In this document: one piece after another, positions 18,889-30,820 of the stretch | Numbering within the stretch: position 1 is the first letter of the stretch | Layout of the letters: every line of letters begins with the position of its first letter | DNA from: an uncultured Verrucomicrobiae bacterium | Lineage (GTDB): Bacteria > Verrucomicrobiota > Verrucomicrobiia > Palsa-1439 | Direction: 5' to 3' | Assembly (NCBI GenBank): GCA_963812605.1 | Contig: CAWEWF010000006.1 | Location: 256,001 to 320,000 of the forward strand | DNA length: 64,000 nt | The notes under the pieces: generated by a model | What the model was told of the DNA's origin: nothing | Database searches by the model: none | The model's input: the letters and a program-made list of their open reading frames with translations, nothing else | Program-made: the position numbers and the translations under genes

Positions 18889-20146
18889 ATGAGTGAGCCA
18901 ATTGTAGCGGAAGTGCCTAAACCGAAGCGCGTTAACCTGCGTCGGCCCGATATCATGGAGGCCGTGCGCGAGGAAGTGGAGCTGCATTATCGCAGCCAGA
19001 TCGTCGAAAAGCTGCGCCAGCGCGGCGGCGAACTGGAGGCGGGCGGGCTGAAGGTGCGCCTGGCGAAGGAATTCGGGTTCTGCTACGGCGTGGAGCGGGC
19101 CATCGACCTGGCGTACGCGGCGCGCAAGGTGTTCCCCAACCAGCCGATCTACATTCTCGGCGAGATCATCCACAATCCCGAGGTCAACGAGCAACTCGTC
19201 GCGATGAGCATCAAGTTTCTCTCGGGCCCGATCAAGAGCGCGAGCATCGACGACCTCAAGGAAGACGACGTGGTGATCATCCCCGCGTTCGGCGCGGAAG
19301 TGGCGACGATGGACAAGTTGAAGGCGAAGGGTTGCCAGCTCGTGGACACGACCTGCGGCGACGTGATGAGCGTCTGGAAACGCGTCACGCAAAACGCGAA
19401 GGAAAGTTTCACCTCGATCATCCACGGCAAATCCAAGCACGAGGAAACGAAGGCGACCAGTTCGCGCGCCACGTCGAACAACGCGGGCCATTATCTCGTG
19501 GTGCTGAACATCGCGGAGACCGATTACGTTTGCGACTACATCCGCCACAACGGCAACAAGGCGGAATTCCTGGCGAAATTCGCCGGCGCGATGTCGCCGG
19601 AGTTCGATCCCGACCTGCATCTGGCTTCCATCGGCGTGGCCAACCAGACGACGATGTTGCGCAGCGAGACCGAGGAGATCCAGCGGCGGTTGCGGCGGGC
19701 GATGGTTGACCGCTACGGCGAGGCGGAGATCGACCGCCATTACCGGATGTTCGACACGATCTGCGGCGCCACGCAGGAGCGGCAGGACGCATTGATCCAA
19801 CTGTTGCAAGAGCCGCTCGACATGATGATCGTTGTTGGCGGGTACAATTCCAGCAACACCTCGCACCTCGCCGAAATGAGCGAGGAACGCATGCCCACTT
19901 TCTTCATCCGCAACGCCAGCAAGATTCTCTCGGACAAGGCGATTCTTGCATTTCAACCTGCACAAGCAGGAGGAAGTGCTGGCCGAGAACTGGCTGCCGG
20001 CCGGCAAGCTCTACGTCGGCATCACCGCCGGCGCGTCCTGTCCGAATAATTTGATCGATGATACCGTCCGCCGGCTGTTTGACCTGCGCGGCGTCAACGT
20101 GGATGGCATGATCGCCGCCAGTGAAGCCGCCGCGCCGAATTCGTGA
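18889..20146 (+). CDS. ispH: 4-hydroxy-3-methylbut-2-enyl diphosphate reductase (frameshift ~19950)
   Basis: FGFCYGVERA, IIHNP, DTTC, DTICGATQERQ, SSNT, GITAGASCP in shifted frame. Confidence 0.92.
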
Positions 20147-20217
20147 TGGTCTCCATGTCTCCCGCGCTGATCTTTCAACGCATGGCATCCAGAATGCTGA
20201 AGCGAACGTGAAATCCC

Positions 20218-22417
20218 ATGGACAAAACCCCTTTTAAATTCCGTTCGACCTCGATGGCGGACATCGAACTGCCCAAGGAAGTCTCGGGGCTGCGCGAACT
20301 CGCGTACAACTTGTGGTGGACGTGGAATCCGCACGCGCGCCGCATGTTCGCGCACATCCAACCCGGGCTGTGGGCGATCTATCGCAACCCGGTCGAGTTG
20401 CTGATCAACATCGAGCCGACCCACTGGGAAACGCTGCTGGAGGACGAGGTGTTCCTCAGCATGTACAAGTCCGTGCTGCGCGAATTCGAGACGTACATGA
20501 AATCGCTCAACGATGCCTGGTTCGCCAAGAACCACCCCGGCTACCAGGGCGGTCCGTTCGTTTATTTTTCGACTGAATTCGGCTTTCACGAATGCCTGCG
20601 CACTTATTCCGGCGGCCTCGGCGTGCTCTCCGGCGATCACTGCAAGTCCGCCAGCGACCTCGGCATCCCGTTCATCGGCATCGGCCCGCTTTATAAACAC
20701 GGGTACTTCGAACAGGAGATCGAGCCCGACGGACGCCAGCAACATTTCTATCCGTCGTATGATTTTTCGCGCCTGCCCATCCAGCCCTTGCTCGGCGACA
20801 ATGGCCGCCATCTCACGATCAGCGTCGATTTCCCCGACCGCGTCGTATACGCCCGCGTCTGGCTGGCGCAAGTCGGCCGCGTGCCGGTGCTGCTGCTGGA
20901 CACCGATACGAACCGGAATAATCCCGCCGACCGCGCGATCACGGGCCAGCTTTATGTCAGCGGACGGGAGATGCGAATCTGCCAGGAAATCGTCATCGGC
21001 GTCGGCGGCGTGCGCGCGTTGCAGGCGCTCGGCATCGAGCCCGCCTGTTGGCACATGAATGAAGGCCACTGCGCGTTCCTCGGGCTTGAACGCGTTCGCA
21101 ATGCCGTCAAGGGCGGCGCGAGTTTCGCCGACGCATGCAAGCAAGTCGCCAAAAACGCTATTTTTACGACCCACACGCCTGTGCCGGCTGGCAATGAAGC
21201 TTTCGATACCGGATTGATCCGCAAGTACTACAAGAATTATTGCGAAGAGATCAATATCACGCTGGATCAGCTCATTGACCTCGGTCTTTCCAATCCCGAC
21301 CAGGGAAATCAGCCCTTCAGCCTGACCGTGCTCGCGCTGCATCTCTCGACTTTCTGCAACGGGGTCAGCCAGCTTCACGGCCACGTCAGTAACGATATGT
21401 GGCGGCACATTTTTAAGGACCTGAAACCCGGCCAGAATCGGATTCAGGCCATCACCAACGGCATTCATACGTTCACGTGGATGGGCTACCAGATGGCCGA
21501 GCTTTACGACAAGTATCTCACCCCGGCCTGGCGCGAGAATCTGATGGACGAACTCTTCTGGAAGCGGGGCGTGGCCAAGATTCCCGACAAGGAGTTGTGG
21601 GACGTCCACAACCTGCAAAAGGAAAGTTTGATCCGTTTCACCCGCAGTCGCGAACGCGCCCATCTGGCCCGTCACGGCGCCTCGCCTGACGACCTGCGGA
21701 GCGTCGAGGAGTTGCTGGATCCGCAGGCGCTCACCATTGGTTTTGCCCGTCGCTTCGCCACTTACAAACGCGCAGATTTGTTGTTCCGCGATTTTGATCG
21801 CCTGCGCGCGATCCTCAAGAACCCCGAGCGCCCGGTCCAGATTATTTTCGCCGGCAAGGCGCATCCGGCGGACAAGCCGGGCCAGGAATTGATTCGCCGG
21901 ATTTTCGACATCTCGCGGCACACGGATTTGCACGGCCATATCGTCTTCGTCGAGAATTACAATATGCGCGTCGCGCGCATGCTCGTGCAGGGCGTGGAAG
22001 TTTGGCTCAACAACCCGCGCCGTCCCCACGAAGCGAGCGGCACCAGTGGCATGAAAGCGCCGGTCAATGGCGGCATCAATTTCTCCGTCGCCGACGGTTG
22101 GTGGTGCGAAGTGCAGAATCCCGACGCGGGTTGGACCATCGGCAAAGCCCGAGGAAAACCCCAATCCTGATGCGCAGGACCACGAGGACAGCGAGTCGTT
22201 CTACGACATTCTCGAAGAAAAAATCGTCCCGCTCTTTTATGAGCGCGATGCCAACGATTTGCCGGTCGATTGGATCAAAATGATGAAGGCCTCAATCGCC
22301 GCCGTCACTCCGCGGTTCTCCACCGCGCGCATGGTGCGCGACTACACGGAACAAGCCTACCTGCCGGCGGCGAAACGCGGCGGCGCGGTCACGACGGCGG
22401 CGGAACAGACCTGGTAG
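20218..22417 (+). CDS. glgP: alpha-glucan (glycogen/starch) phosphorylase (frameshift ~22155)
   Basis: YSGGLGVLSGDH, HMNEGH, GFARRFATYKR, EASGTSGMK. Confidence 0.92.
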
Positions 22418-23666
22418 CGACCGCTGTCGCCGGACGCGAATTGAGAGTTTCCACGACGAAGAATGCGCCGAGAAGCAACAACCCGTACAGTGGAATATAG
22501 CTGACGGCAAACTCCAGCCACGGGCTCCGCCAGTCGCCCATCAGATTCAACATTACGAGCGAAATGACGAGAGTGGCAATCCGCCCTGACGTTGGCCGCC
22601 GAGCGACGCGCGCCACGGCCACCGCGACCGGAAAAATCAGCAGGACAAAGTAATGGCCCCACGCCTCCGAGATTCCGGCCAGCATTGCGGCGCTTAATAA
22701 ACAGAACTCGGACTCAAGATCCGCGCCTGTCCCGTTCCGCCCGTTCTTCCAGCAGATACGATACACGAGGGCGATGAGTGCCAGGCCAACGATGGAGCCG
22801 ACACTGGTCCACGCGCGCAATTCGTTCCACTCGGGATTGAAACCGTGAAGCGCCCACGCCGCATTCTTCACGAAGGATGGCACGGTAAAATTGAAGTGCC
22901 GTTGCCACACGATCCAGTCCTCCACCGCCTTCACCCCTTGCGTCCAGAATTGCTGCCAATGCCCCACACCGCTGGCCAGGACCAGCGCCACGCTCCACGC
23001 CAGGACCGCGGCCGCGCATTTCCCGCGTGTGTTCCATTCGCGCGAGGAGCGCCACAGAAACCATGGAACCAGCACGACCGGAAAAAGTTTGAGTCCCGTC
23101 GCGGTCGTCACCGCCAGGCAGGCGCTTACGGGCCGGCCGTTCCGCAGACACGCGTATGCCAAGAGAAGGATCGCGGCGATCAGCAACTGCGATTGCGAAA
23201 AGAAGAAATGCCAATAGACTGGCGCTGAGGCAATCGCGGCCCCGCACACCAGCCAGCGCGCCGGCAGCGAAAGCTGGTTGCCCAACAGCCGCCATGTAAG
23301 GGCCAACACACAACCCAGGCTGAAAATCTCCAGCACCACCCAGGCCCAAAATGCCGCAGCCGGTGACAGCCGGGCAAAAGGCGCGAAGAGCGCGACAAGC
23401 AGCGGCGGATTTGTGGCCGTCGGGATCGGGTGCGTATAGCGGAATCCCCAGCGTTCGTATTCCGGCTGTAATGGTGTGGAATAGAGATCGGCGCCGGCCA
23501 ACAGCAAGCGGCTGGAGATGTAGTAGTGTGCGAAGTCGTTCCCGTCAGCGCGGGACGGCAAATCGCGAGCAATGTGCCCGGCCCCCAACAGGGCCAGCCC
23601 GAGCGCCAGTATCGTCAGTAGCCGTGAACGCCACTTTCGACCGTTCGTCTCCATATTTGATTTCAA
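22389..23666 (-). CDS. glycosyltransferase family 87 (DUF2029) membrane protein
   Basis: DFAHYY, NPP, KLFP, WGHY motifs; multi-TM. Confidence 0.8.
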   Translation of the reverse strand: MKSNMETNGRKWRSRLLTILALGLALLGAGHIARDLPSRADGNDFAHYYISSRLLLAGADLYSTPLQPEYERWGFRYTHPIPTATNPPLLVALFAPFARLSPAAAFWAWVVLEIFSLGCVLALTWRLLGNQLSLPARWLVCGAAIASAPVYWHFFFSQSQLLIAAILLLAYACLRNGRPVSACLAVTTATGLKLFPVVLVPWFLWRSSREWNTRGKCAAAVLAWSVALVLASGVGHWQQFWTQGVKAVEDWIVWQRHFNFTVPSFVKNAAWALHGFNPEWNELRAWTSVGSIVGLALIALVYRICWKNGRNGTGADLESEFCLLSAAMLAGISEAWGHYFVLLIFPVAVAVARVARRPTSGRIATLVISLVMLNLMGDWRSPWLEFAVSYIPLYGLLLLGAFFVVETLNSRPATAVATRSVPPPS

Positions 23667-24604
23667 GACCCGGAAGGTGCAGGCACCAACCAGTAATCCT
23701 TAAGCAAATAATTCCGCCACTCTTCAATCCCGCGCGCCCGGGCTGTTTCGTCGGCTGCGGGATCAAAAGCGACCTGTTTGCCGGTGAGTTTGCGCAGTTT
23801 CTCGTCTGCTTCGCGACGCTGGGACCCGGCGTTCGATGAAAGTTCCCGGACCAGCACCGTGAGGGCCTCGAATTCGACGAACCTCCCCCGGACGCTCTCT
23901 ACGTTCGGCAGGTCCTTCTCGTTAAAACTATCGGCGTTCCGCTGCAATACCGCCGCCACGTCCACCCCGTGCCGCAGGCACATCGTCGCCAGCGAGTACA
24001 AACACGAGTAGCGAAACTTGCCGTTCGACGTCTCGAAAAACAGCTTCGCGATCGGCAACACTTCCGCCTCGCGTCCACTGGTCCCCAGCGCCAGCACGGC
24101 TTGCTCCTGCACGAAATCTGGTGCGCCCAAAAGGGATCGTAGCGGCGGCACCAGTCGCGCATCGTCCACAAATCGCGCGGCAAACGCCGCGGAGCGCTGT
24201 GCGTGCGGCTCTTTGTCCTCCAGCGCGTGGAGCAGTACCGGAACCACGAGATCATTTCCTGCGTCGGGATGCTCGCGAAATTCGGCCTTCTTCAGCGCGT
24301 TTCCCAGCACGATCAAAATCAAATCCCGTGCTTCCGGCGGCAAGGTGTCGTCGCCTGCCTCTCGCAAGCAGGTCGGAACCGCCACGATTCCCATGTCCGC
24401 GACCCACGACAAATTGAGATTGGTGATGGAACCGCGCAGCAGCGTGTCGAGACGCGCGAGCCGATTGCTCTGCAGTTCCGTTGGCTCGGGAAACAATGGC
24501 GCAGCCCTGGCCGACAACGGCGTTGCTACCCTGGGCGACGGATTCTCCGTGCTGCAACCAAGAAGCAGGGATGCCACGAGCAACGGCGCACAGCATTTTC
24601 TCAA
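23663..24604 (-). CDS. HEAT-repeat lipoprotein
   Basis: TTG start overlapping the folD stop, lipobox LLGC, HEAT-like helical repeats. Confidence 0.7.
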   Translation of the reverse strand: MRKCCAPLLVASLLLGCSTENPSPRVATPLSARAAPLFPEPTELQSNRLARLDTLLRGSITNLNLSWVADMGIVAVPTCLREAGDDTLPPEARDLILIVLGNALKKAEFREHPDAGNDLVVPVLLHALEDKEPHAQRSAAFAARFVDDARLVPPLRSLLGAPDFVQEQAVLALGTSGREAEVLPIAKLFFETSNGKFRYSCLYSLATMCLRHGVDVAAVLQRNADSFNEKDLPNVESVRGRFVEFEALTVLVRELSSNAGSQRREADEKLRKLTGKQVAFDPAADETARARGIEEWRNYLLKDYWLVPAPSGS

Positions 24605-25494
24605 GCGACGCCATGCCTCATCCGTGCGGCGCGAACAGTGTTGTACATGAGCATGGCGATGGTCATCGGGCCAACGCCGCCCGGCACCGGCGTGATGAGC
24701 GAGGCTTTCGGCGCGACCGTGTCGAAAGCCACGTCGCCGACAAGACGGTAACCTTTGTCGGCGGCCCGGTCCTCGATACGGTTGATGCCCACGTCGATAA
24801 CGACAGCGCCGTCGCGCACCATGTCGGCCGTCACAAAGTTTGGCGCTCCAATCGCCGCAATCAAAATGTCGGCGGAACGGCAAATCTCCGCCAGGTTCCG
24901 GCTCCGCGAATGGCAGACCGTGACCGTGGCGTTGGCGTTCGGGGTTTTCTGCGAGAGTATCAGTGACACGGGGCGACCCACAATGCGGCTGCGCCCAAGC
25001 ACCACAACCTGCGCGCCATCGATCTTCACTCCGCTGCGGATGAGGAGCTGGTGAACGCCGGCGGGAGTACAAGGAGCAAAGCCGGTCGGATCGCCCAGCG
25101 CAACTTTGCCGATGTTCAAGGGGTGAAAGCCATCGACATCCTTGCTGGGATCAACCGCCGCGAAAATATCCTCCGCCGAAATCTGCGGCGGCAGGGGGGA
25201 TTGAACAAGGATCCCGTGGATCTCACGCTTGAAATTCAGATCGTTGAGGATCGCGAGCAACTCGCCCTGGCTCGTGGAAGCGGGAAGATTGATACGCTCG
25301 GAGTACAGCCCGAGCCGGGCGCACATCTTGTCCTTCATCGAAACGTAGGCGGCGCTGGCGGGATCTTCACCGACAAGGACAACGGCGAGACCCGGGGTCA
25401 GTCGGTGCTGCTCTTTCAGGCGCGCGATTTCAGCGACAGTCTCGGCGATGATCTGCTCGGCGATAGCCTTGCCGTCGATGAGTTTCCCAGGCAT
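24601..25494 (-). CDS. folD: methylenetetrahydrofolate dehydrogenase/cyclohydrolase
   Basis: [39 protein letters not shown]. Confidence 0.95.
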   Translation of the reverse strand: MPGKLIDGKAIAEQIIAETVAEIARLKEQHRLTPGLAVVLVGEDPASAAYVSMKDKMCARLGLYSERINLPASTSQGELLAILNDLNFKREIHGILVQSPLPPQISAEDIFAAVDPSKDVDGFHPLNIGKVALGDPTGFAPCTPAGVHQLLIRSGVKIDGAQVVVLGRSRIVGRPVSLILSQKTPNANATVTVCHSRSRNLAEICRSADILIAAIGAPNFVTADMVRDGAVVIDVGINRIEDRAADKGYRLVGDVAFDTVAPKASLITPVPGGVGPMTIAMLMYNTVRAARMRHGVA

Positions 25495-25504
25495 CGTGCG
25501 ACGA

Positions 25505-26410
25505 TTACCAAACCATGTCGATGCGTTCGACGGCAATGACCGGGTAGCGCTCGCCCTTGTGCCAGCGCTGCGTCCCGACCACGCGAACATGTTTGTCCTC
25601 GAACCTCTTTAGATTCGTGTCCGAGGTTTCCAGGTACGCGACCCGAAAACTAAGGCGGTCGACTTCCGCCGTCCGCAACTCGAAGGTTGCCGGCGCATTC
25701 GGCTCATTGACCGCGCCGACATAGCCGTCCTTCACAACGTACGTGACCAGAACGTCCGGGTCGGCGTTGACGATGCTGACGACTGGCGCCGCCGGTGCCG
25801 GCGCTGGTGACACAGCAACGGGCGGTGTCACAACATCCGTCGTACCAGCCGATGGCGCAGGTCCCCGGGGAGCGGCTTCAACGTCCACCAGTTCGGCCGC
25901 GATCCAGCCGCTGCACTCCGGGGTCGGCCGGATTTGCACCCACTCCCCCTTCTTCTCCACCACCTCGACCTTCGTGCCTTTCGTCAACTTCCCAATGTCG
26001 CGGTAGTTGGAGCCCGGGCCACAGCGGACGTTCAGATTCTCGACGTTGGCCGCGCCGTCCGTCAGATGCTTGGCGCTAACGTAACATTTCGCCGTTGGGG
26101 GCAAGGCGATGCGGAACCAATCCATCGGCTTCTCCCGCTCGGTCACCGTCTTGCGCTCCAGCACGTCCACTGATTCGCCTTTATGAAGCTGGGTAATGAC
26201 CTCCGAGCCCATGCTCGGGCGCGAGCGGACGTTACTGTGCTGGCCCTTGACGGTGCCACGGCCGGTTTCGGCGGCCGGGGCAGCGGCCACCGGGGCGGCT
26301 GCGCCGGAATCGGCGCGAACGGCGCACACGACCCAGGGTCCCGCACAGGCGAGCGCGCTAAGGACGAAAAGCTGCCGGCGAAAACTGCGTGAGTTTGTCC
26401 ACTTCCTCAT
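25505..26410 (-). CDS. exported tandem bacterial SH3-domain protein
   Basis: Signal peptide; NVRSRPS and [10 protein letters not shown]3b motifs. Confidence 0.8.
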   Translation of the reverse strand: MRKWTNSRSFRRQLFVLSALACAGPWVVCAVRADSGAAAPVAAAPAAETGRGTVKGQHSNVRSRPSMGSEVITQLHKGESVDVLERKTVTEREKPMDWFRIALPPTAKCYVSAKHLTDGAANVENLNVRCGPGSNYRDIGKLTKGTKVEVVEKKGEWVQIRPTPECSGWIAAELVDVEAAPRGPAPSAGTTDVVTPPVAVSPAPAPAAPVVSIVNADPDVLVTYVVKDGYVGAVNEPNAPATFELRTAEVDRLSFRVAYLETSDTNLKRFEDKHVRVVGTQRWHKGERYPVIAVERIDMVW

Positions 26411-27089
26411 GAGTAAGATGCCTCCATTGTGATATTGCCAGATTCCCCAACTCGATTGGGCCGACCGCGAGTCGCACGAGGCGTTTCACGGGGTGCCCAA
26501 CCACTGCCATCATCCTGCGAATTTGTCGTTTCTTTCCTTCGCTGAGAATCACCCGCAGTTCCGTGTCGTGGTCCTGCGCGCATACACCAAAAATTTTTTC
26601 GACGCGCAACAACTCGCCATCACTACGGACGCCCTTGAGCAGGCGTGCGATCTCAGCATTCTTCAGTTCCCCCTCGACCTCCACGAAATAGGTCTTGCGC
26701 ATCTTGTAACGGGGGTGCGTGAGCCGCAAGCTAAAAGTGCCGTCGTTGGTCAGGAACAACAGGCCCTCGGAATCCTTGTCGAGCCGCCCGACGGTGTACA
26801 ATCGCGGGAGCGAACGCGGCAGCAAATCGACCGCCCGCCGGCGGCCATGCGTATCCGAATTGGTGCAGACACAACCGGCGGGTTTATGGAGCGCAATGTA
26901 AATCTTCCGCTCCATGACGACCGGTTTACCGCCCACGCTCACGGAATCGCGTTCGGGATCAATCTTTGTGCCGAGGACACGGCTCGGTTGGCCATTGACT
27001 GAAACCTGGCCGGCCTCGATGAGTTCCTCGCAGCGACGCCGCGAGGCTATGCCCGCTTCCGCAAGATACTTTTGCAGACGGACGAGCAC
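26358..27089 (-). CDS. rRNA pseudouridine synthase (RluB/RsuA family)
   Basis: RLQKYLAEAGIASRR, GRLDKDSEGLL, EGKKRQIRRM. Confidence 0.92.
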   Translation of the reverse strand: MLVRLQKYLAEAGIASRRRCEELIEAGQVSVNGQPSRVLGTKIDPERDSVSVGGKPVVMERKIYIALHKPAGCVCTNSDTHGRRRAVDLLPRSLPRLYTVGRLDKDSEGLLFLTNDGTFSLRLTHPRYKMRKTYFVEVEGELKNAEIARLLKGVRSDGELLRVEKIFGVCAQDHDTELRVILSEGKKRQIRRMMAVVGHPVKRLVRLAVGPIELGNLAISQWRHLTHEEVDKLTQFSPAAFRP

Positions 27090-27103
27090 GACGGGATGGC
27101 CGA

Positions 27104-27256
27104 TTACTCAGGTTTGGTTTTGGGCAGGCCAAACACGCGGTCGCCGTCTTTCCAGCGACCCTGCTTCTTGAGGGTCTCAACGCGCTCGAACCGCTTGAGA
27201 ACGTTGCGGCGCGCCTGGATTTTGTTGGCCCCTTTGAGACTTTGATGCTGTGACAT
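27104..27256 (-). CDS. PVC-superphylum small basic protein (50 aa)
   Basis: Manual translation MSQHQSLKGANKIQARRNVLKRFERVETLKKQGRWKDGDRVFGLPKTKPE. Confidence 0.85.
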   Translation of the reverse strand: MSQHQSLKGANKIQARRNVLKRFERVETLKKQGRWKDGDRVFGLPKTKPE

Positions 27257-27271
27257 GATAACTTCCTGAGG

Positions 27272-28261
27272 TTAAGGCTTGGCTGACAGTTTTAGTGCTT
27301 CAATTTTCGCGGCGACTTCATCGCGGTACTGGATAGTTCTACCAGATTGCAGGTATTTTTGAAAGTTCTTTATCGCCTCGGCGGAATTGTTGTTTTCGTA
27401 AAATAGGCCGAGTTTGTAATACACCAGCGCGTAGTCGGGACGTAGTTCCAGCGCCTTGTGATACGAAGTCAACGCCTTGTCGCGTTCTTGAAGTTGTGTG
27501 TAAGCGTCGCCGAGTCCGCTATAGGCAAATACGTACTTCGGGTCCTTTTCGAGCGCCTTTTGGTAGTAAACAACGGAAAGATCCGGCCGCTTTTCCACCA
27601 GATAGGTGTCACCCATGGCGTTGTTGTAATGGGGAACAGTCGGATCGGTATCGATCGCCTTTTGGAGCAGCAGCTTGGCATCCTTGTCGCGTAATTCCTG
27701 CAGATATAGAATGCCAAGACTGTAATAGGCGTCGCCATCCTGCCGTCCCGCTTCCTCCTCCAGTTTCACAAACGTCGCCAGGTGTTGCTCTGCCCCCTTC
27801 AAATCACCATCTTCCTTCAACAGTACGCCGAGGTTGTGATGCGCGCGCCCGTATTTCGGGTTGATGGCCAGCGCCTTCTCATAGGCTTCGCGCCCCTCCT
27901 TCTTGCTGCCGGTCTCGTCGTAAAGCACGCCCATCTGGTTCCACACATCCGCGTCATCCGGCTTGATCTCCAGGTAATGCTTGTACTGGTCGATTGCCCC
28001 GCCCTTTTCCCCGAGCTTCTCGCAGACGACGCCGAGGTTGTAATAGGCGTCGAGATATTTGGGGTAGAGCTTGATCGCCTTTAGGTACTCCTGCTTCGCG
28101 CGCGGCAGCGAACCGGCCTCGACGAATTTGTTCGCGCGCTCGAAGTACTTGGTAGCCTCGCCAATCGCGCCGTTCTCCGGCGCCTCCGCCGCCCGCGCCG
28201 ATGTCAGCGACAGCGCCGCCAGCGCGATTGCGATCACGAATCCTTCAATTGCCCTTTTCAT
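27272..28261 (-). CDS. exported tetratricopeptide repeat protein
   Basis: Signal peptide and multiple TPRs (AYYNLG, AHHNLG, AYSGLG). Confidence 0.88.
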   Translation of the reverse strand: MKRAIEGFVIAIALAALSLTSARAAEAPENGAIGEATKYFERANKFVEAGSLPRAKQEYLKAIKLYPKYLDAYYNLGVVCEKLGEKGGAIDQYKHYLEIKPDDADVWNQMGVLYDETGSKKEGREAYEKALAINPKYGRAHHNLGVLLKEDGDLKGAEQHLATFVKLEEEAGRQDGDAYYSLGILYLQELRDKDAKLLLQKAIDTDPTVPHYNNAMGDTYLVEKRPDLSVVYYQKALEKDPKYVFAYSGLGDAYTQLQERDKALTSYHKALELRPDYALVYYKLGLFYENNNSAEAIKNFQKYLQSGRTIQYRDEVAAKIEALKLSAKP

Positions 28262-29483
28262 TGTTCCCCTCTTTCGCCTTCAGTTTATCCAGGGCCGCCT
28301 GGGCGCTTTTGGCGATGGAATTGCTGGGAAATTCCTGCAACAGCTGCTCCAACCGCGCCCGCCCTTTTTCCTTCTGTCCCACCGCCAACTGGCTCAGGCC
28401 GAGACAATACAGCGCCTTGTCCTTGTCCTTGTATTCCGGCCAGCGTTCCAGCAGCTTTTCGAAACTGTACGTCGCTTGCGCGTATTCGCCGCGCTTGCCG
28501 AGGGCGAACCCCAGCGCAAACATTGCTTTGTCCGTGAACCCGTATTGATTCTGTTCGTCGTGCTCGATAACGTTGCGCAGATGCGGCTCGGCCAAATCCT
28601 CCCGCCCTTCCTCTAAATACGTCTCCGCCACTTTCCAGTTCGCCTGCACGTCCGCCGGGTTCTTCATGGCCAGCCGTCGCGCCTCGCGGAACGTCAACTT
28701 ACTGCGCTTCGCCTCATCCAGCTTGGCGAGCAACTGGTCCTTCTCGACCAATCCCGCCACGCGCGACATTTCGTTGCCTTCGCCATCCAACAACAGGATC
28801 GTCGGCGCGCCGCGCACATCCAGCTTGCGGGCGTCATCACTTTGCTTCGCCGCATCGAGACGCACGCAGACGAATTCCTCCGCCACATCGATGACTGCCT
28901 TGTCGGCCAGCAAACCTTCCTCCAGTTTCTGGCAATACTCCGAATCGCGCAGGAAAAAATAGGCGAGCACCGGCTTCTTCAATTGCTTCGCCTGTTTCTC
29001 CGCGTCCGACAACGACCGCAGCCATTGAATGCTCGACCGCAATTTCGCCAGCGCCTCGGTCGCGGCTTCGCGGACGGAATCCGTCTTGTCGGATGTCTCG
29101 ACCTCCTCCAACCACGGAATGGCCTCGGCCCGCCCGCTGGTCTGCAAAGCCGTCACCGCGGACCACCGCACAATGGAATTGTCGTCCTTCAACGCCGCGT
29201 GCGCGCGCTCCAAATCCTCCGACGTATCACTCACCTGCAGCAAACCAATCACGGCCACCTGGCGTTTCTCGGGACTCGACGAAGCCAGCATCTCGCGAAA
29301 CTGCTTTTCCACCCGCTCGCCGCCGATATGCGTCAGCGCATCCGCCGCATCCGCCCGCTCCTCGTCATTCGTGCTGCCCAGTTGCTTCACCAAATCATCG
29401 ATTCGGTCGGCGCGAACTGTCAGCGCGCCGCACAACAGCAGCATGACCGCCACGACCCATCGTTTCGCGTACGTATAATTCAT
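28245..29483 (-). CDS. exported HEAT-repeat + thioredoxin-like + TPR protein
   Basis: Signal peptide, HEAT repeats, KPVLAYFF..SEYC...GAPT thioredoxin fold, C-terminal TPRs. Confidence 0.8.
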   Translation of the reverse strand: MNYTYAKRWVVAVMLLLCGALTVRADRIDDLVKQLGSTNDEERADAADALTHIGGERVEKQFREMLASSSPEKRQVAVIGLLQVSDTSEDLERAHAALKDDNSIVRWSAVTALQTSGRAEAIPWLEEVETSDKTDSVREAATEALAKLRSSIQWLRSLSDAEKQAKQLKKPVLAYFFLRDSEYCQKLEEGLLADKAVIDVAEEFVCVRLDAAKQSDDARKLDVRGAPTILLLDGEGNEMSRVAGLVEKDQLLAKLDEAKRSKLTFREARRLAMKNPADVQANWKVAETYLEEGREDLAEPHLRNVIEHDEQNQYGFTDKAMFALGFALGKRGEYAQATYSFEKLLERWPEYKDKDKALYCLGLSQLAVGQKEKGRARLEQLLQEFPSNSIAKSAQAALDKLKAKEGNNEKGN

Positions 29484-29803
29484 TTGTCCCCCACCGATTC
29501 TCTCAGCCATTTCAAATAATCCCGTTCCCCCGCCGCAAACGGCACGAAAACAATTTCCGGCACATCGTAACTATGCGCGGCCTGGACCTCGCTCGTGACC
29601 TCGCCGATCCTCACCTGCGTTGTCTTGATGAGCAAGAGATATTCGCTCGCGGTCTCCAGTTTCCCCTTCCACCAATAAGTAGACTCCATTCCGCCGATGA
29701 TATTCACGCATGCCGCCAGCTTCTTCTTCAGGATCGCCTTGGAAATTTTCCGCGCCTCCGCGCGCGTCGGACATGTCACCAGCCCCATCACTGCGTTCGT
29801 CAT
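29480..29803 (-). CDS. cutA: divalent-cation tolerance protein CutA
   Basis: KLAACVNI, STYWWKGK, HSYDVPEI. Confidence 0.92.
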   Translation of the reverse strand: MTNAVMGLVTCPTRAEARKISKAILKKKLAACVNIIGGMESTYWWKGKLETASEYLLLIKTTQVRIGEVTSEVQAAHSYDVPEIVFVPFAAGERDYLKWLRESVGDK

Positions 29804-30384
29804 GACTTCTTTCCCTCGATGATTTCGATCACTTCCGCCAAGGTCTCGATAATATACGTCGCGTCCTTCGCCCAATCGGGCGCCGCCTCGCCGTTCGTCA
29901 GCATCGCGCTGGGCGCGCCCGCGTTCTTCGCGCAGAGCACGTCCCACTTGTAATCGCCGACCATCAGCACCTCACCCTGTTTTGCGCCCCAACGCCGCGC
30001 GATCTCCCAGATCGGCTCGGGCGCGGGCTTGTGCGGCCCGTCCTCCCTTGTGACAGTGATGTCGAACTTCAGGTTCAATTTCTGGCACACACCGTCCACC
30101 GACCGCCGCGTGTTCCGCGTCAGCAACGCCGTCGGCATCTCGCGCCGCGCCAGCTCGTCCAACAACTCCCGCGCCCCGTGGTTCAACTTCGCCTCCGCCA
30201 CGCCCGCGTCCTCGAACTTCGTCATGATCGCCTGCACCCGCGCGTGTTCCACGCCGGTCGCCGTCGCCAAATAATCCAGCATGTCGATGTCGCCGATGGC
30301 CGCCTCGTCCCGGATCTTCACAAAATCGAAGTACGGCGCCGTGATCGTGCCATCCATATCAAATATAACGCCCTTGATCTTCAT
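29800..30384 (-). CDS. HAD family hydrolase
   Basis: FDMDGT, KPAP, MVGD. Confidence 0.9.
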   Translation of the reverse strand: MKIKGVIFDMDGTITAPYFDFVKIRDEAAIGDIDMLDYLATATGVEHARVQAIMTKFEDAGVAEAKLNHGARELLDELARREMPTALLTRNTRRSVDGVCQKLNLKFDITVTREDGPHKPAPEPIWEIARRWGAKQGEVLMVGDYKWDVLCAKNAGAPSAMLTNGEAAPDWAKDATYIIETLAEVIEIIEGKKS

Positions 30385-30444
30385 CGGAACCGCGATGAAA
30401 CCATACCTCGCCCGGAATTCCAATCCCGAACAAGGCCGCCCGTT

Positions 30445-30737
30445 GTAGCAGCGGTCGTATGACCGTCGCGCCTGACGCCCCCGAATTGTAGGGCAAGCGG
30501 CCCGCTTGCCGCCGTTCTTTCTTTGGAGTGCTTGCGACTCGTCGCAGCCTTGCCTCTCCCCCAGAAGGTGGGAGGGACGTTACCGTCGCGATGTCCAGTA
30601 CGAATCCCCTTGCCCGCGCCGCTTCCGCCCTTTCCGCACACTCTGTGTCTCTGTGTGAACTTGTTTACCGCCCCCGTTGAACGGCCCGCCCCGAATCCAT
30701 TTCGGGGTTGAGAGTTTAGCGTTGAATGTTGAACGTT
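30445..30737 (+). repeat. REP cluster plus GTTGARC heptamer array
   Basis: REPs at 30445-30468, 30487-30510, 30521-30551, 30568-30591; heptamers at 30707-30737. Confidence 0.72.
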
Positions 30738-30820
30738 CGCTCCTTTCTGCTACATTTCCCACGCGTTCGGCCAACCGGCCCGCGTTGGCGTGCGGGACCC
30801 GGCCAAGAAAAGGAGCCAAC

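Noticed and set aside
5480-22164. Long antisense ORFs (e.g. 5480-7123, 18820-20007, 20011-22164)
   Set aside because: They mirror well-supported genes on the opposite strand, as expected from GC-rich codon bias, and carry no recognisable motifs.
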